The notes under the pieces were generated by a model. That model was not told the DNA's origin, searched no databases, and saw only the letters and a list, made by a program, of their open reading frames with translations. Shown here one piece after another: positions 1-12,153 of a DNA stretch of 64,000 nt. Position numbers and translations under genes: made by a program. Positions within the stretch are counted from its first letter, which is position 1. Each line of letters begins with the position of its first letter. This DNA comes from an uncultured Pelagibacteraceae bacterium (lineage in GTDB: Bacteria > Pseudomonadota > Alphaproteobacteria > Pelagibacterales > AG-422-B15): the NCBI GenBank assembly GCA_902564025.1, contig CACEZK010000001.1:69819-133818 (forward strand), read 5' to 3'.

Positions 1-192
1 GTCGATAGATTTTGTGGTCTTTTAGATGACATTACAGAAAAAACGAATACCAAGTTCTTAATTATAACTCACCACGCGCTCACAATGTCGAGAATGGATA
101 GATTGTTTGGAGTAACCATGGCTGAACGAGGCGTCAGTCAAATAGTCTCTGTAGATCTTAAAAAAGCTGAAGAGATTGGAGCTGTTGCCTAG
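1..192 (+). CDS. smc: Chromosome segregation protein SMC, C-terminal fragment (5' end lies outside the window)
   Basis: Frame +1 is open from base 1 to TAG at 190-192. It reads ...[45 protein letters not shown], which resembles the conserved SMC C-terminal ATPase tail. It has no start codon, so it is absent from the ORF track. Confidence 0.7.
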   Translation, partial: VDRFCGLLDDITEKTNTKFLIITHHALTMSRMDRLFGVTMAERGVSQIVSVDLKKAEEIGAVA

Positions 193-202
193 TATATTGA
201 AG

Positions 203-475
203 ATGAATAATGATGCTAATTCTCTTGAAAATAGAATAAAAAAAGCAAAAGAAGGCCAGTCTATTAAAGAAGCTAAAGCCCCCAAACCATTCGGTAAAAT
301 CATGAAAGTAGTGGTTGAAATTGTCGCAGCAATGGCTGTTGGACTAGGAATTGGTTTGCTGATTGACAATTATTTTAATACAAGACCCATCTTCACATTA
401 ATTTTCTTTCTCTTAGGTAGTGCAGCAGGAATTCTTAACGTTTTTAGGGTTGCAAAAAGTCTTCAAAATAACTAA
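203..475 (+). CDS. atpI: ATP synthase protein I (AtpI-like small membrane protein)
   Basis: A small protein with two hydrophobic helices (VVVEIVAAMAVGLGIGLLI, IFTLIFFLLGSAAGILNVF) lies directly upstream of atpB. ATG at 203 is preferred over the TTG at 176 used by the ORF track. Confidence 0.6.
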   Translation: MNNDANSLENRIKKAKEGQSIKEAKAPKPFGKIMKVVVEIVAAMAVGLGIGLLIDNYFNTRPIFTLIFFLLGSAAGILNVFRVAKSLQNN

Positions 476-486
476 AAAATATATCG

Positions 487-1478
<992 letters not shown>

Positions 1479-1483
1479 GAAAA

Positions 1484-2035
1484 GTGAAAATCTTATTAAA
1501 AGCTTTTCTATTAACTGCGCCAATTAATTTTGTATATGCTGCAGAGGGCCAGAAATCTGCTGGTCTTCCGCAGATGGATATTGCGACATTTCCATCTCAA
1601 TTATTTTGGCTTGTAATTACGTTTTCACTTTTATACCTGTTTATGTGGAAATTTGTAATACCAAGGTTAGGCGCAACAATTGAAGAAAGAAGAGATAAGA
1701 TTTCAAATGACATCAATGATGCTGATAATCTTAATACAGAAGCAACTGATATATTAAAAAAATATGATGAGCAAATGGCAAGTGCATCACAAGAATCAAA
1801 TGAGATTATCACTAATTCTAAAAAAGCAATGCTTGATCATTTAGAAACGCTTAAAAAAGAAAATGAAGAAAAAGTTAACTCCCTAATCTCTGAGTCTCAG
1901 GCTAAAATAAAAGCTCAAGAAGAAAAATCTAAGATTGAAATTAGAAATGCAACGTTAGATACCGTTAAAGCTATTGTATCAAGATATATTGAAAATATTC
2001 CTTCAGATGAGGAAATAAATAAGAAATTAAACTAA
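1484..2035 (+). CDS. atpF2: F0F1 ATP synthase subunit b'
   Basis: N-terminal transmembrane helix followed by a long charged coiled coil. It is the first of two tandem b-type genes, the alphaproteobacterial arrangement. GTG start. Confidence 0.8.
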   Translation: MKILLKAFLLTAPINFVYAAEGQKSAGLPQMDIATFPSQLFWLVITFSLLYLFMWKFVIPRLGATIEERRDKISNDINDADNLNTEATDILKKYDEQMASASQESNEIITNSKKAMLDHLETLKKENEEKVNSLISESQAKIKAQEEKSKIEIRNATLDTVKAIVSRYIENIPSDEEINKKLN

Positions 2036-2051
2036 TGCTAGGAACTATTTA

Positions 2052-2546
2052 ATGTCATCATTCTTTTCAGATCCATCGTCTTGGGTATTAGTAGCTTTTA
2101 TAATATTTGTCATAATTGCGCTTGTAATTAAAGCGCCATCAATGATTGCGAAACTTCTTGATGGTGAAATTGATAAAATCAAATCTGAGTTAGATAATGC
2201 CCGAAAATTAAAAGAAGAAGCGAATTCTCTTTTAGCCGATTACGAGAGAAAGGTTCAGTCTGCTGATGAGGAAGCAAAAGCAATTATTGATCAAGCAAAG
2301 GAAATTGCAAATAATCACGAAGAAGAGTCAAAGTTAAAAGCAGAAGAATTTATTAAAAGAGCCGAACAGCAAGCCATAGAAAAGATATCAAGGGCTGAAA
2401 AAATGGCTATATCAAAAGTTAATGACGAGATTGTAAATAACTCAGTAAATATTGCTGAGAAAATTATCTTAGAAAATATCAACGACCAAAGTGCAGATAA
2501 GCTTGTAAAACAATCAATCGATCAAATAAGTAAACTTAAGGTATAA
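2052..2546 (+). CDS. atpF: F0F1 ATP synthase subunit b
   Basis: N-terminal transmembrane helix (WVLVAFIIFVIIALVI) plus a Glu/Lys/Ala-rich coiled coil. It is the second b-type subunit of the cluster. Confidence 0.8.
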   Translation: MSSFFSDPSSWVLVAFIIFVIIALVIKAPSMIAKLLDGEIDKIKSELDNARKLKEEANSLLADYERKVQSADEEAKAIIDQAKEIANNHEEESKLKAEEFIKRAEQQAIEKISRAEKMAISKVNDEIVNNSVNIAEKIILENINDQSADKLVKQSIDQISKLKV

Positions 2547-2586
2547 TTTATTATTTATATCTCTCTTTCTAAGCTATAAATAAATT

Positions 2587-3549
2587 ATGGCAGTCTATAC
2601 GCACATATCTAGAGAAGAACTGGATCTTTTTACTGATCACTATAGTATTGAAAATGTTCTTGAATTTTCAGGTATAAAAGGTGGAACTTCTAATTCAAAT
2701 TATTTACTAAAGACTCTAGAAAAAAATTACATACTTACTATTTTTGAAGAAAGAACAAATCAAGATAATCTTCAATTCTTTTTTGATCTAATGAATCATT
2801 TGAATAAAAACAATGTAAAGTGCCCTGAGGTAATACAAGATAAAAAAGGAAATTATTCAAACTCAATTCAAAATAAGAAAGCTGTAATCACATCGTTCTT
2901 AAAAGGTAGGTCAATAGATCAAATTAAACCAATACACTGTGCGTCATTAGGCTCCACTATCGCAAGAATGCATAAAGAATCAGCTAGACTTGAAATGACT
3001 AGAGAAAATGAGCTTGGATTTGTAAACCTCAACAGTTTAATTCAAACTTTAAAAAATTTTGACGATAATATTAACGCGCAGGTAATCGATTTGATCAATG
3101 AAGAATATACTTTCCTATCTGGAAACCTTGGTCATAGTTTACCTTCAGGTATAATTCATGCAGATCTTTTTCCAGATAATATTTTTTTTGAAGGTAATGA
3201 GGTTACAGGTATAATAGATTTTTATTTTGCATGCACCGATTATTATGCTTACGAAATTGCCATCTGTCTAAATGCATGGTGTTTTGAGCCAAATAATAAC
3301 GAATTCAATCCAACAAAAGCAAAACATTTATTGGGCAGTTACAATCAGTTGCGAGAATTTTCGGAGGAAGAAAAGAAAGCTTTACCTCTTCTTACAAGAG
3401 CATCATCTCTAAGGTATCTACTAACTCGTTTAATCGACTACTATTCGCATGATGATAATGAACTGATCCTTAAAAAGGACCCTAATGAATATCTCACTAA
3501 ACTCCAATTTCACCAATCCGTTAAAAAAGTAGGCGAATATGGCCTCTAA
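2587..3549 (+). CDS. thrB: Homoserine kinase, type II (aminoglycoside phosphotransferase fold)
   Basis: 320 aa with the APH-type catalytic motif 'IIHADLFPDNIFF' and 'GIIDFYFAC'. The N-terminus is typical of alphaproteobacterial ThrB (MAVYT...L..F...Y). Confidence 0.8.
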   Translation: MAVYTHISREELDLFTDHYSIENVLEFSGIKGGTSNSNYLLKTLEKNYILTIFEERTNQDNLQFFFDLMNHLNKNNVKCPEVIQDKKGNYSNSIQNKKAVITSFLKGRSIDQIKPIHCASLGSTIARMHKESARLEMTRENELGFVNLNSLIQTLKNFDDNINAQVIDLINEEYTFLSGNLGHSLPSGIIHADLFPDNIFFEGNEVTGIIDFYFACTDYYAYEIAICLNAWCFEPNNNEFNPTKAKHLLGSYNQLREFSEEEKKALPLLTRASSLRYLLTRLIDYYSHDDNELILKKDPNEYLTKLQFHQSVKKVGEYGL

Positions 3550-3973
3550 TAAGGTTGTTATGTACACCGATGGAGCTTGCTCAGGCAATCCGGGCAATGG
3601 AGGTTGGGGAGCTTACATTGAAATTGATGATAAGAAAATTGAGTTAAGTGGATCTGAAAATAACACCACAAATAACAGAATGGAATTAAAAGCAGTTATT
3701 TATGCTCTAGATTATCTTAATGAAAAAAGAGACATAATAATTTTCACTGACTCAAAGTATGTCATGCAAGGTATTCAGGAGTGGATAAAAAAATGGAAAA
3801 CCAATGATTGGAAGACCGCACAAAAAAAAGACGTAAAAAATAAAGATCTTTGGGTTGAATTAGACAATTTGACCGATAAACACTCGATAAAATGGGAGTG
3901 GGTGAAAGGTCATTCAGGTGATTACGGAAATGAAATTGCTGATAAACTGGCGGTCGCTCAGATAAAAAGATAA
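3539..3973 (+). CDS. rnhA: Ribonuclease HI
   Basis: Motifs 'MYTDGACSGNPGNGGWG', 'TNNRMELKA', 'TDSKYV' and 'WVKGHSGDYGNEIADKLA'. It overlaps the thrB end by 11 nt. Confidence 0.9.
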   Translation: MASNKVVMYTDGACSGNPGNGGWGAYIEIDDKKIELSGSENNTTNNRMELKAVIYALDYLNEKRDIIIFTDSKYVMQGIQEWIKKWKTNDWKTAQKKDVKNKDLWVELDNLTDKHSIKWEWVKGHSGDYGNEIADKLAVAQIKR

Positions 3974-3974
3974 A

Positions 3975-4460
3975 TTATAGTAAATCCATCATTTTATTTG
4001 CTCCACTTACATCAACTTTACCACCATCTACTTCGACAAAAAACTTTTCAATAATTCCATCATTGACAAGTAGTGAGCATCTTTTTGTCTTGATCGATGT
4101 TCCAAATGTATCGGGATAGTCTGTACCTAATGATTTTGCAAACTCAGCCTTACTATCTGATAAAAATTTTATTTTTCCATTTGATCCAGACATTTCCTCC
4201 CATGCTGACATAGTAAATATGTCGTTAGTTGCAAAACATACTATTTCATCAACAGCTTTTTCTCTAATTTTGTCGGCATTCTCTATAAAGCCAGGTAAAT
4301 GATTTCGAGCACATGTTGGTGTGAATGCACCTGGTACACCAAAGATTACTATTTTTTTTCCTTTGCAGAAATCCAATATCTTTAATGGTTGTGGACCTTT
4401 GTCCTTATCCATAAAAACTAAAGTCTCATTTGGTAATTCATTTCCAATTAAATCTGACAT
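3975..4460 (-). CDS. Peroxiredoxin (Prx5/type-II-like)
   Basis: 161 aa with the peroxidatic Cys motif 'GVPGAFTPTC' and Prx5-like architecture. Confidence 0.85.
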   Translation of the reverse strand: MSDLIGNELPNETLVFMDKDKGPQPLKILDFCKGKKIVIFGVPGAFTPTCARNHLPGFIENADKIREKAVDEIVCFATNDIFTMSAWEEMSGSNGKIKFLSDSKAEFAKSLGTDYPDTFGTSIKTKRCSLLVNDGIIEKFFVEVDGGKVDVSGANKMMDLL

Positions 4461-4478
4461 TTGACGACCATACTAAAT

Positions 4479-5054
4479 TTATTCCTTAATACAAGATAAA
4501 AGTAAGTGGTCCTCCCACTTGCCATTGATTTTCAAATACTGTCTTACTAATCCTTCAATGCAAAAATTATTTTTTTCAAGTGTCTTTAAAGAACGCTCAT
4601 TCCTTGGTAGGCACGCTGCCTCTACTCTATGTAAATTCAATTCATCAAAAATAAATTCTTTGATAAGTTTTATTGATTCACTCATTAAACCCTTACCCAT
4701 CTTAGTTTCACAAATCCAATACCCAATTGAGCAAGATTGAACTACACCTCTTTGAACATTATTTATATTAATTTCGCCAATCAAATTATTATTATTTTTT
4801 TCAAATATCAGAAAGGAATATGCATTATCATCTAATGCAAGTTTTTCAAAATATCTTACTCTTTTTACAAATGAACTTCTTTCAAGTTCATTTGGTGACC
4901 ATGTAGGTTCCCACGGTTTTAAATATCTTTTATTTTTTTCTTTTAATGAAGACCATGATTTCCAGTCTTTATAATCAGGAGGTCTTAGGATGACGTTTTC
5001 ACCTTTCCTCTCAAATGTTATCTTTTTTGGATAATAAGTTGTTAAAAATGACAC
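4479..5054 (-). CDS. GNAT family N-acetyltransferase, RimJ/RimL-like
   Basis: 191 aa. 'ILRPP...D' N-terminal region, 'IGYWICETKMGKGLMSE' acetyl-CoA-binding-like segment and 'LHRVEAACLPRNERSLKTLEKNNF' tail, typical of ribosomal-protein acetyltransferase-like GNATs. Confidence 0.7.
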   Translation of the reverse strand: MSFLTTYYPKKITFERKGENVILRPPDYKDWKSWSSLKEKNKRYLKPWEPTWSPNELERSSFVKRVRYFEKLALDDNAYSFLIFEKNNNNLIGEININNVQRGVVQSCSIGYWICETKMGKGLMSESIKLIKEFIFDELNLHRVEAACLPRNERSLKTLEKNNFCIEGLVRQYLKINGKWEDHLLLSCIKE

Positions 5055-6439
5055 TAGCTTATCTGCTCCCTAATGAATTCTTTAATTCGACTTGTGTTAT
5101 TTTCCATTTTATACATTTTTTCTTCAGCATCAAATAAGTAATTGTATTTACTCATTAAATTTAAATCTTCACCTATTGATTTTTCAACAACCTCAGAAAA
5201 TTTTACAGGGTGAGCTGTAGCCAAAACAAAATTAAGCCTATCCATATCTTTTTCAAATCTTGATGCATCCAGTCCTGTAGCAGTGTGGGGGTCAATAACA
5301 TATGAAAAATTATCTTTCACGGATTTGATTGTGTTTTGAACGATATCCATCGAAGAACTATTCGAGCTAAATACCTCTCGAACTTTTTCTAAATTTTCCT
5401 CAGATATTGATATTTTTCCACCTTCTTCAAAATTTTCCATTGATACTTTTGTTTCAGTATTTGATTGGTTAAGTATATCAAAAAGTAATCTTTCAAAATT
5501 ACTTGCTACCTGAATATCCATACTTGGGCTTGATGTTTTTATGACTGTTTTAGATTCATATACCCCTGACTTCATAAATCTATTTAGAATATCGTTTTCG
5601 TTAGTAGCCACTATTAATTTATTGATAGGTAATCCCATTTTATATGAAACATAACCAGCATAAATATCTCCGAAGTTACCAGTTGGGACAGAAAAATTAA
5701 CTTTATTGGAAGCTCTTTCAGTAAAATTAATAAATGTATAAAAGTAATATACTGATTGAATGATAATTCTTGCCCAATTAATTGAATTAACTGCTGATAT
5801 ATTATTATGCATACTATAATCTGTATCTTTCAAAATATCTTTAACAATTTTTTGACAGTCATCAAAAGTTCCTTCTACTTCACAAAGAAAAATATTTTCC
5901 TGATTAACAGTAGACATCTGCCTTCTTTGAAATTCTGAAATCCTACCCTTAGGATATAAACAGAAAATATTTATGTTTTTACTTTTTTTTACAGCGTTGA
6001 TAGCCGCTGATCCTGTGTCACCTGATGTTGCTACTATAAGATTTATTTTTTTCATCTCTTTTTCTAAAAAATGATCAAAAAGAGGGATAAGTAATTGCAT
6101 TGCGAAGTCTTTAAAAGCTAAAGTTGGGCCATTGAATAGCTCCACTATTATTTCGTTTTTATTAAGCTCCTTGAATGATACACAACCACTTTCTGTAAAG
6201 TTATTTGAATACGCTTCTTTGATAATCCTCTTCAATTGATCAGAATCAATTTCGTCACCAATAAATGGAGACAAAATAATTTCTGTTAAGTCCTCATAAC
6301 TTACATTTCGATTAATATCTTTATGATTTATATTTGGCCAATTTTCTGGAATAAATAGGCCTCCATCATTTGCTAAACCAGCAAATAAAACTTCACTAAA
6401 CCCAAAGTAATCGCTGCCCCTTGTGCTTCTATACCTCAT
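5054..6439 (-). CDS. thrC: Threonine synthase
   Basis: 461 aa. 'MRYRSTRG' N-terminus, PLP-lysine region 'PTLAFKDFAMQ' and 'TSGDTGSAA'. Confidence 0.9.
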   Translation of the reverse strand: MRYRSTRGSDYFGFSEVLFAGLANDGGLFIPENWPNINHKDINRNVSYEDLTEIILSPFIGDEIDSDQLKRIIKEAYSNNFTESGCVSFKELNKNEIIVELFNGPTLAFKDFAMQLLIPLFDHFLEKEMKKINLIVATSGDTGSAAINAVKKSKNINIFCLYPKGRISEFQRRQMSTVNQENIFLCEVEGTFDDCQKIVKDILKDTDYSMHNNISAVNSINWARIIIQSVYYFYTFINFTERASNKVNFSVPTGNFGDIYAGYVSYKMGLPINKLIVATNENDILNRFMKSGVYESKTVIKTSSPSMDIQVASNFERLLFDILNQSNTETKVSMENFEEGGKISISEENLEKVREVFSSNSSSMDIVQNTIKSVKDNFSYVIDPHTATGLDASRFEKDMDRLNFVLATAHPVKFSEVVEKSIGEDLNLMSKYNYLFDAEEKMYKMENNTSRIKEFIREQIS

Positions 6440-7124
6440 TTTTTTGCACCTTTTGTCTAATATAGTAGATATACATTATCATAATTACAAAAGACAACAA
6501 AAACCAGGTGACAGCATACTGGAAATGATTATTTGTTATATTAGATGGCTCAAATTCAATCAGTACATTATCAGAATAGCTTTGGTCTATTAGTTTTATC
6601 ATATACTTACTAGAATTTAATTTATGATATTCATCCATTTCACTTGTATTGAGCAAATACCAGGTATTTGCAATTGTATCATTTTCTGGAATAAGTGGCT
6701 TTCGATCCTTCGAATAGATTAAAGCTCCTCTGATTTCTATATCACTATTTTTGAAAACTTCATCTAATTCAAAATTATCTTTTGAGTCAAACGGTATCCA
6801 GCCAAGTATTACATAAATAAATTTTTTACTAATCATTTCCATTGGTAAGACAATTTCGTAACCAGACTCTCCTTTAAGATTAAATTTATAAAAAAACATT
6901 TTTTTACCTGTTAATAGTTGTCCTTTTACCGAAGTATTCATGAATTCATATTGAGAGTTCTCGTCGTTTGACGGAAATTCATCTATCACAGAATTATAGT
7001 TAGAATTTATTGACTCTATTAAATTATTTTTCCATTCGAGCCTTTGTGTTTGCCAAAAACAAAGCAAAAGAAGCAGAACAATTGTTGTAATAAATATTAA
7101 GTGGAAAAGAAGATTTTTAATCAA
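6429..7124 (-). CDS. SURF1 family cytochrome oxidase biogenesis protein
   Basis: N- and C-terminal transmembrane helices and the 'FWQTQRLEWKNNLI' SURF1 signature. It sits downstream of ctaE, as in other alphaproteobacteria. Confidence 0.8.
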   Translation of the reverse strand: MIKNLLFHLIFITTIVLLLLLCFWQTQRLEWKNNLIESINSNYNSVIDEFPSNDENSQYEFMNTSVKGQLLTGKKMFFYKFNLKGESGYEIVLPMEMISKKFIYVILGWIPFDSKDNFELDEVFKNSDIEIRGALIYSKDRKPLIPENDTIANTWYLLNTSEMDEYHKLNSSKYMIKLIDQSYSDNVLIEFEPSNITNNHFQYAVTWFLLSFVIMIMYIYYIRQKVQKNEV

Positions 7125-7136
7125 TTATAGTATTTA

Positions 7137-7937
7137 TTAATATGAGCCCCAAACATAAATTGCTGCAAATAAAAATAACCAAACAACATCAACAAAATGC
7201 CAATACCAAGCAGCGGCCTCGAACCCAAAATGATGGTCAGATTTAAAATGGCCAGCAATCGATCTTGCAAGGCAAACAATTAAGAATATTGTTCCAATTA
7301 GAACATGAAAGCCATGAAAGCCAGTCGCCATATAAAAAGTTGCGCCATAGATGTGCCCAGAAAATGAAAAATCAGCATGCATGTATTCATAAACCTGAAA
7401 ACCAGTGAATACGACACCAAGTCCTACCGTACACCATAGTCCCTGTATTAGCTCTTTTCTATTGCTTTCTAGCAATGCATGATGAGCCCAGGTAACTGTT
7501 GTTCCTGATAAAAGCAAGATTAACGTGTTGATTAGAGGTATATGCCATGGATCCATTAGATGAATATCTGGTGGCGGCCATATAGCTCCTATTTGTTCTG
7601 TAGGGAATAAGCTTGCGTTGAAATATGCCCAAAACCAAGCAACGAAGAACATAACTTCTGATGCAATAAATAAAGTCATGCCGTATCTAAGGCCAATTTG
7701 AACAACTGGGGTGTGATGACCTTGATGTTCGCCCTCTATAATCACATCTCTAAACCACATGTATGAAACATAGATAACAATTGCTAAACCAATTATCATT
7801 GTCCACATGTCATCGGTCCTAAAATAGACGACCGCACCAACGCATGCGATTAAAGCTCCAATCGATGCAAGAAGGGGCCACGGACTTGGATCAACTAAAT
7901 GGTATTCATGTGTTCTTTCTGTATTTTCTGAACTCAT
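7137..7937 (-). CDS. ctaE: Cytochrome c oxidase (aa3) subunit III
   Basis: 'HEYHLVDPSPWP', 'GFHGFHVLIGT' and 'WYWHFVDVVWLFLF'. Confidence 0.95.
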   Translation of the reverse strand: MSSENTERTHEYHLVDPSPWPLLASIGALIACVGAVVYFRTDDMWTMIIGLAIVIYVSYMWFRDVIIEGEHQGHHTPVVQIGLRYGMTLFIASEVMFFVAWFWAYFNASLFPTEQIGAIWPPPDIHLMDPWHIPLINTLILLLSGTTVTWAHHALLESNRKELIQGLWCTVGLGVVFTGFQVYEYMHADFSFSGHIYGATFYMATGFHGFHVLIGTIFLIVCLARSIAGHFKSDHHFGFEAAAWYWHFVDVVWLFLFAAIYVWGSY

Positions 7938-7943
7938 ATCTAA

Positions 7944-8480
7944 TTATGTATCACTGTTTTCATAAAAGGTATAGGACAAAGTAACTTCTGATAAATCAGA
8001 AATGTATTTATCATTTTCAATTTCAGGATCTATAAAAAATGAAACTGGCATAATCTTAGTTTCGTTAGCCTTGAGCTCCGTTTCTTGAAAACAAAAGCAT
8101 TCAATTTTATTAAAGTACTTGCCTGCCTCAGTTGGTGATACATTATAAACAGCTGTACCGCTTAGAGTTTGGTTTGTGTTATTCTCTATCACATAATTAA
8201 TCAGTTTATTTTCACCTATCTTTAATTGATGAATTCTTTGCTCAGGATAGAATTCCCAATCGAGGGTAGAACCAACATTGGAGTCTAATCTAACATTGAT
8301 AGTTTTATCGATAGAATAAATGCTTTCAGAAGAATACACATTTGGAGTGCCCCCAAATCCTGTAACTTTACAAAAATAGTTGTATAGAGGCACTGACGCA
8401 TAGGCTAAAGCGATCATGGTGATAACTATTCCTATTAGTCCAATCGCTGTGATACTGTTGTTTGACCTGATAAAATTCAT
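7944..8480 (-). CDS. ctaG: Cytochrome c oxidase assembly protein CtaG/Cox11
   Basis: One transmembrane helix, 'VPLYNYFCKVTGFGGT' and the copper-binding 'CFCF' motif (KIECFCFQE). Confidence 0.9.
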   Translation of the reverse strand: MNFIRSNNSITAIGLIGIVITMIALAYASVPLYNYFCKVTGFGGTPNVYSSESIYSIDKTINVRLDSNVGSTLDWEFYPEQRIHQLKIGENKLINYVIENNTNQTLSGTAVYNVSPTEAGKYFNKIECFCFQETELKANETKIMPVSFFIDPEIENDKYISDLSEVTLSYTFYENSDT

Positions 8481-8585
8481 TTAAATAGTTCCCAACTTAT
8501 AAACAGTGTAAGAGAAAAATAAAGCCACAAAGAAAACTAGTACGAGGGCAGTTATTATATTTCTTTTTTTTATTTTTTTATCCAT
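8481..8585 (-). CDS. Unannotated 34-aa single-pass membrane peptide between ctaB and ctaG
   Basis: My own translation is MDKKIKKRNIITALVLVFFVALFFSYTVYKLGTI*. Its ATG overlaps the ctaB TGA (ATGA). Its TAA (8481-8483) directly abuts the ctaG ATG (8480). It has a basic N-terminus plus one hydrophobic helix and is below the ORF-track size cutoff. Confidence 0.45.
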   Translation of the reverse strand: MDKKIKKRNIITALVLVFFVALFFSYTVYKLGTI

Positions 8586-9514
8586 CAGTAAATATTCCAT
8601 AGTAAATTATCGATTAATAGAATTGAGAAAATATTAAACAGATAAATAATTGAAAAATAAAATAGCATTTGAGCTTTTCGCTCAAGCAAGCCATCTTTCA
8701 ACCACGATCTTTTGAGATCAAATGCCAAATAAATGAAAAAAATACTTAGAGCTGTTGACGAAACTCCAAAGAACAAAGAATAGTATGTACTCATAATTAA
8801 AGTAAGTGGCAATAAGGTAATCGAATATGCAATAATTAAATTTATCGTTTTACGCTCACCAACAATCAGTGGCATCATTGGAATTCCAGCCTTTTTGTAA
8901 TCATCAGATTTATAAAGTGCAAGAGCCCAGAAATGAGGAGGCGTCCATAGAAAAATTAACATGAAAAGAAGGCAAATCTCAGTTGAGACTCCTCCTGTCA
9001 CAACTGCCCAACCGATCATCGGAGGAAAGGCTCCCGCTGCACCTCCAATCACAATATTTTGAGGTGTCCTCTTTTTAAGCCATATTGTGTAAACAAATAT
9101 ATAAAAGCAAATTGTCATTAAAAGTAATCCTGCAGCTGCTAAATTTGAAACCAAGTAAAGCATTGATACAGCAATTAATGAGAGTGTTATGCCGTAGATG
9201 AGTGCCCCATTAGCGCTTATTTGGTTTGTTGGCAAAGCTCGATCTTTTGTCCTATTCATTAATTTGTCAGTATCTCTCTCATACCACATGTTTAGTGCTC
9301 CTGACGCGCCAGAACCAATTGAGATAGCAAGAATTGCGAGCAAACCTGTAGTAAAACTTAAACTTCCAGGTGCGATTATCATTCCTACAAAGCTTGTAAA
9401 TATAGAAAGTGACATGACCCTTGGTTTAAGCAAGGAGATGTATAGAACTAGTTTTGTCGCAATAGAACCTAGCCCAAATTCCTGTTTGTTAGAAACTGAG
9501 GTAATATTTGCCAT
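8585..9514 (-). CDS. ctaB: Protoheme IX farnesyltransferase (heme O synthase)
   Basis: Polytopic UbiA-family protein with 'NMWYERDTDKLMNRTKDRALP' and 'PPHFWALAL'. Confidence 0.9.
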   Translation of the reverse strand: MANITSVSNKQEFGLGSIATKLVLYISLLKPRVMSLSIFTSFVGMIIAPGSLSFTTGLLAILAISIGSGASGALNMWYERDTDKLMNRTKDRALPTNQISANGALIYGITLSLIAVSMLYLVSNLAAAGLLLMTICFYIFVYTIWLKKRTPQNIVIGGAAGAFPPMIGWAVVTGGVSTEICLLFMLIFLWTPPHFWALALYKSDDYKKAGIPMMPLIVGERKTINLIIAYSITLLPLTLIMSTYYSLFFGVSSTALSIFFIYLAFDLKRSWLKDGLLERKAQMLFYFSIIYLFNIFSILLIDNLLWNIY

Positions 9515-9522
9515 TGTAATTT

Positions 9523-11133
<1,611 letters not shown>

Positions 11134-11162
11134 TTATATGTTTCTCCTCTAAATAAAATATT

Positions 11163-11990
11163 TTATTTTTTAGCCATTTCAAATGTATCGTCACTGTAAT
11201 TAATCTCTAGGGATGCATATTCAGATTTAGCAAATTCGATCCACTCTTCAAACTCTTTGTTTGAGACGACTTTTACATTAATGGGCATAAATGCATGTTT
11301 TGGACCACAAAGCTCTGAGCATTGACCATAATAAATTCCTTCTTTATTAGCTTTAAACCATGTTTCATTTAATCTTCCTGGTACAGCATCCATCTTGACA
11401 CCAAATGCTGGAATTGTCCAAGCGTGCAGCACATCTGCTGAAGTTAATTGAAGCTTGACCACTTTATCTACTGGTACAACAATTTGTGTATCAGTCTCTA
11501 ACAATCTTAACTTCGGATCTGATAGCTCATGATCAGCAAGCATGTTAGCATCAAAAGAGATATCATCGAAATCAGGGTACTCGTAAGTCCAATACCATTG
11601 ATTGCCAATAGCCTTAATTGTTATATCTGCCTTTGGTATTGTTTCAGAAACGTAAAGTAATCTGAATGATGGAATAGCAATAATAATTAACAATATTACT
11701 GGAATTACAGTCCACAATATTTCAATTGTTGTGTTATGTGTTGTCGTGGAAGCAACATGATTACGACTGCTATTAAATCTGAACATGATATATAGCAGAA
11801 GACCAAGTACTAAAAGTGATATACCTGTAATGATAGGCATTAAAATATAACTATGAAATGATATAATGTCAGACATTAAATCAGTTGCAGGCTGTTGAAA
11901 GCTTAGCTGCCAATTTTCAGAAATGCCTTCATTTGCTAGAGAAAAAGAGGGTGTAAGAAGAAAAAATGATATCTTAATAATATTTTTCAT
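11163..11990 (-). CDS. ctaC: Cytochrome c oxidase subunit II
   Basis: Signal sequence, two transmembrane helices and the CuA motif 'HAWTIP...CSELCGPKHAFMP'. Confidence 0.95.
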   Translation of the reverse strand: MKNIIKISFFLLTPSFSLANEGISENWQLSFQQPATDLMSDIISFHSYILMPIITGISLLVLGLLLYIMFRFNSSRNHVASTTTHNTTIEILWTVIPVILLIIIAIPSFRLLYVSETIPKADITIKAIGNQWYWTYEYPDFDDISFDANMLADHELSDPKLRLLETDTQIVVPVDKVVKLQLTSADVLHAWTIPAFGVKMDAVPGRLNETWFKANKEGIYYGQCSELCGPKHAFMPINVKVVSNKEFEEWIEFAKSEYASLEINYSDDTFEMAKK

Positions 11991-12153
11991 AGAAAAATTA
12001 TTGATTTAATGTTTTGAACTATTACGTAATATATACTGCTTAATTTGCATTAAACTACTCATTATTTCGCGACAGTTTGACGCAATTTTTGCTAGTTTTT
12101 AGGGTTTTTTTAATATATTCTATAACAATATCTTTTATTCAGAACAATTCGAA

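Noticed and set aside
58-369. 103-aa minus-strand ORF at the window start
   Set aside because: It overlaps both the SMC C-terminal reading frame and atpI on the opposite strand. Those two have recognisable protein features and this ORF has none.
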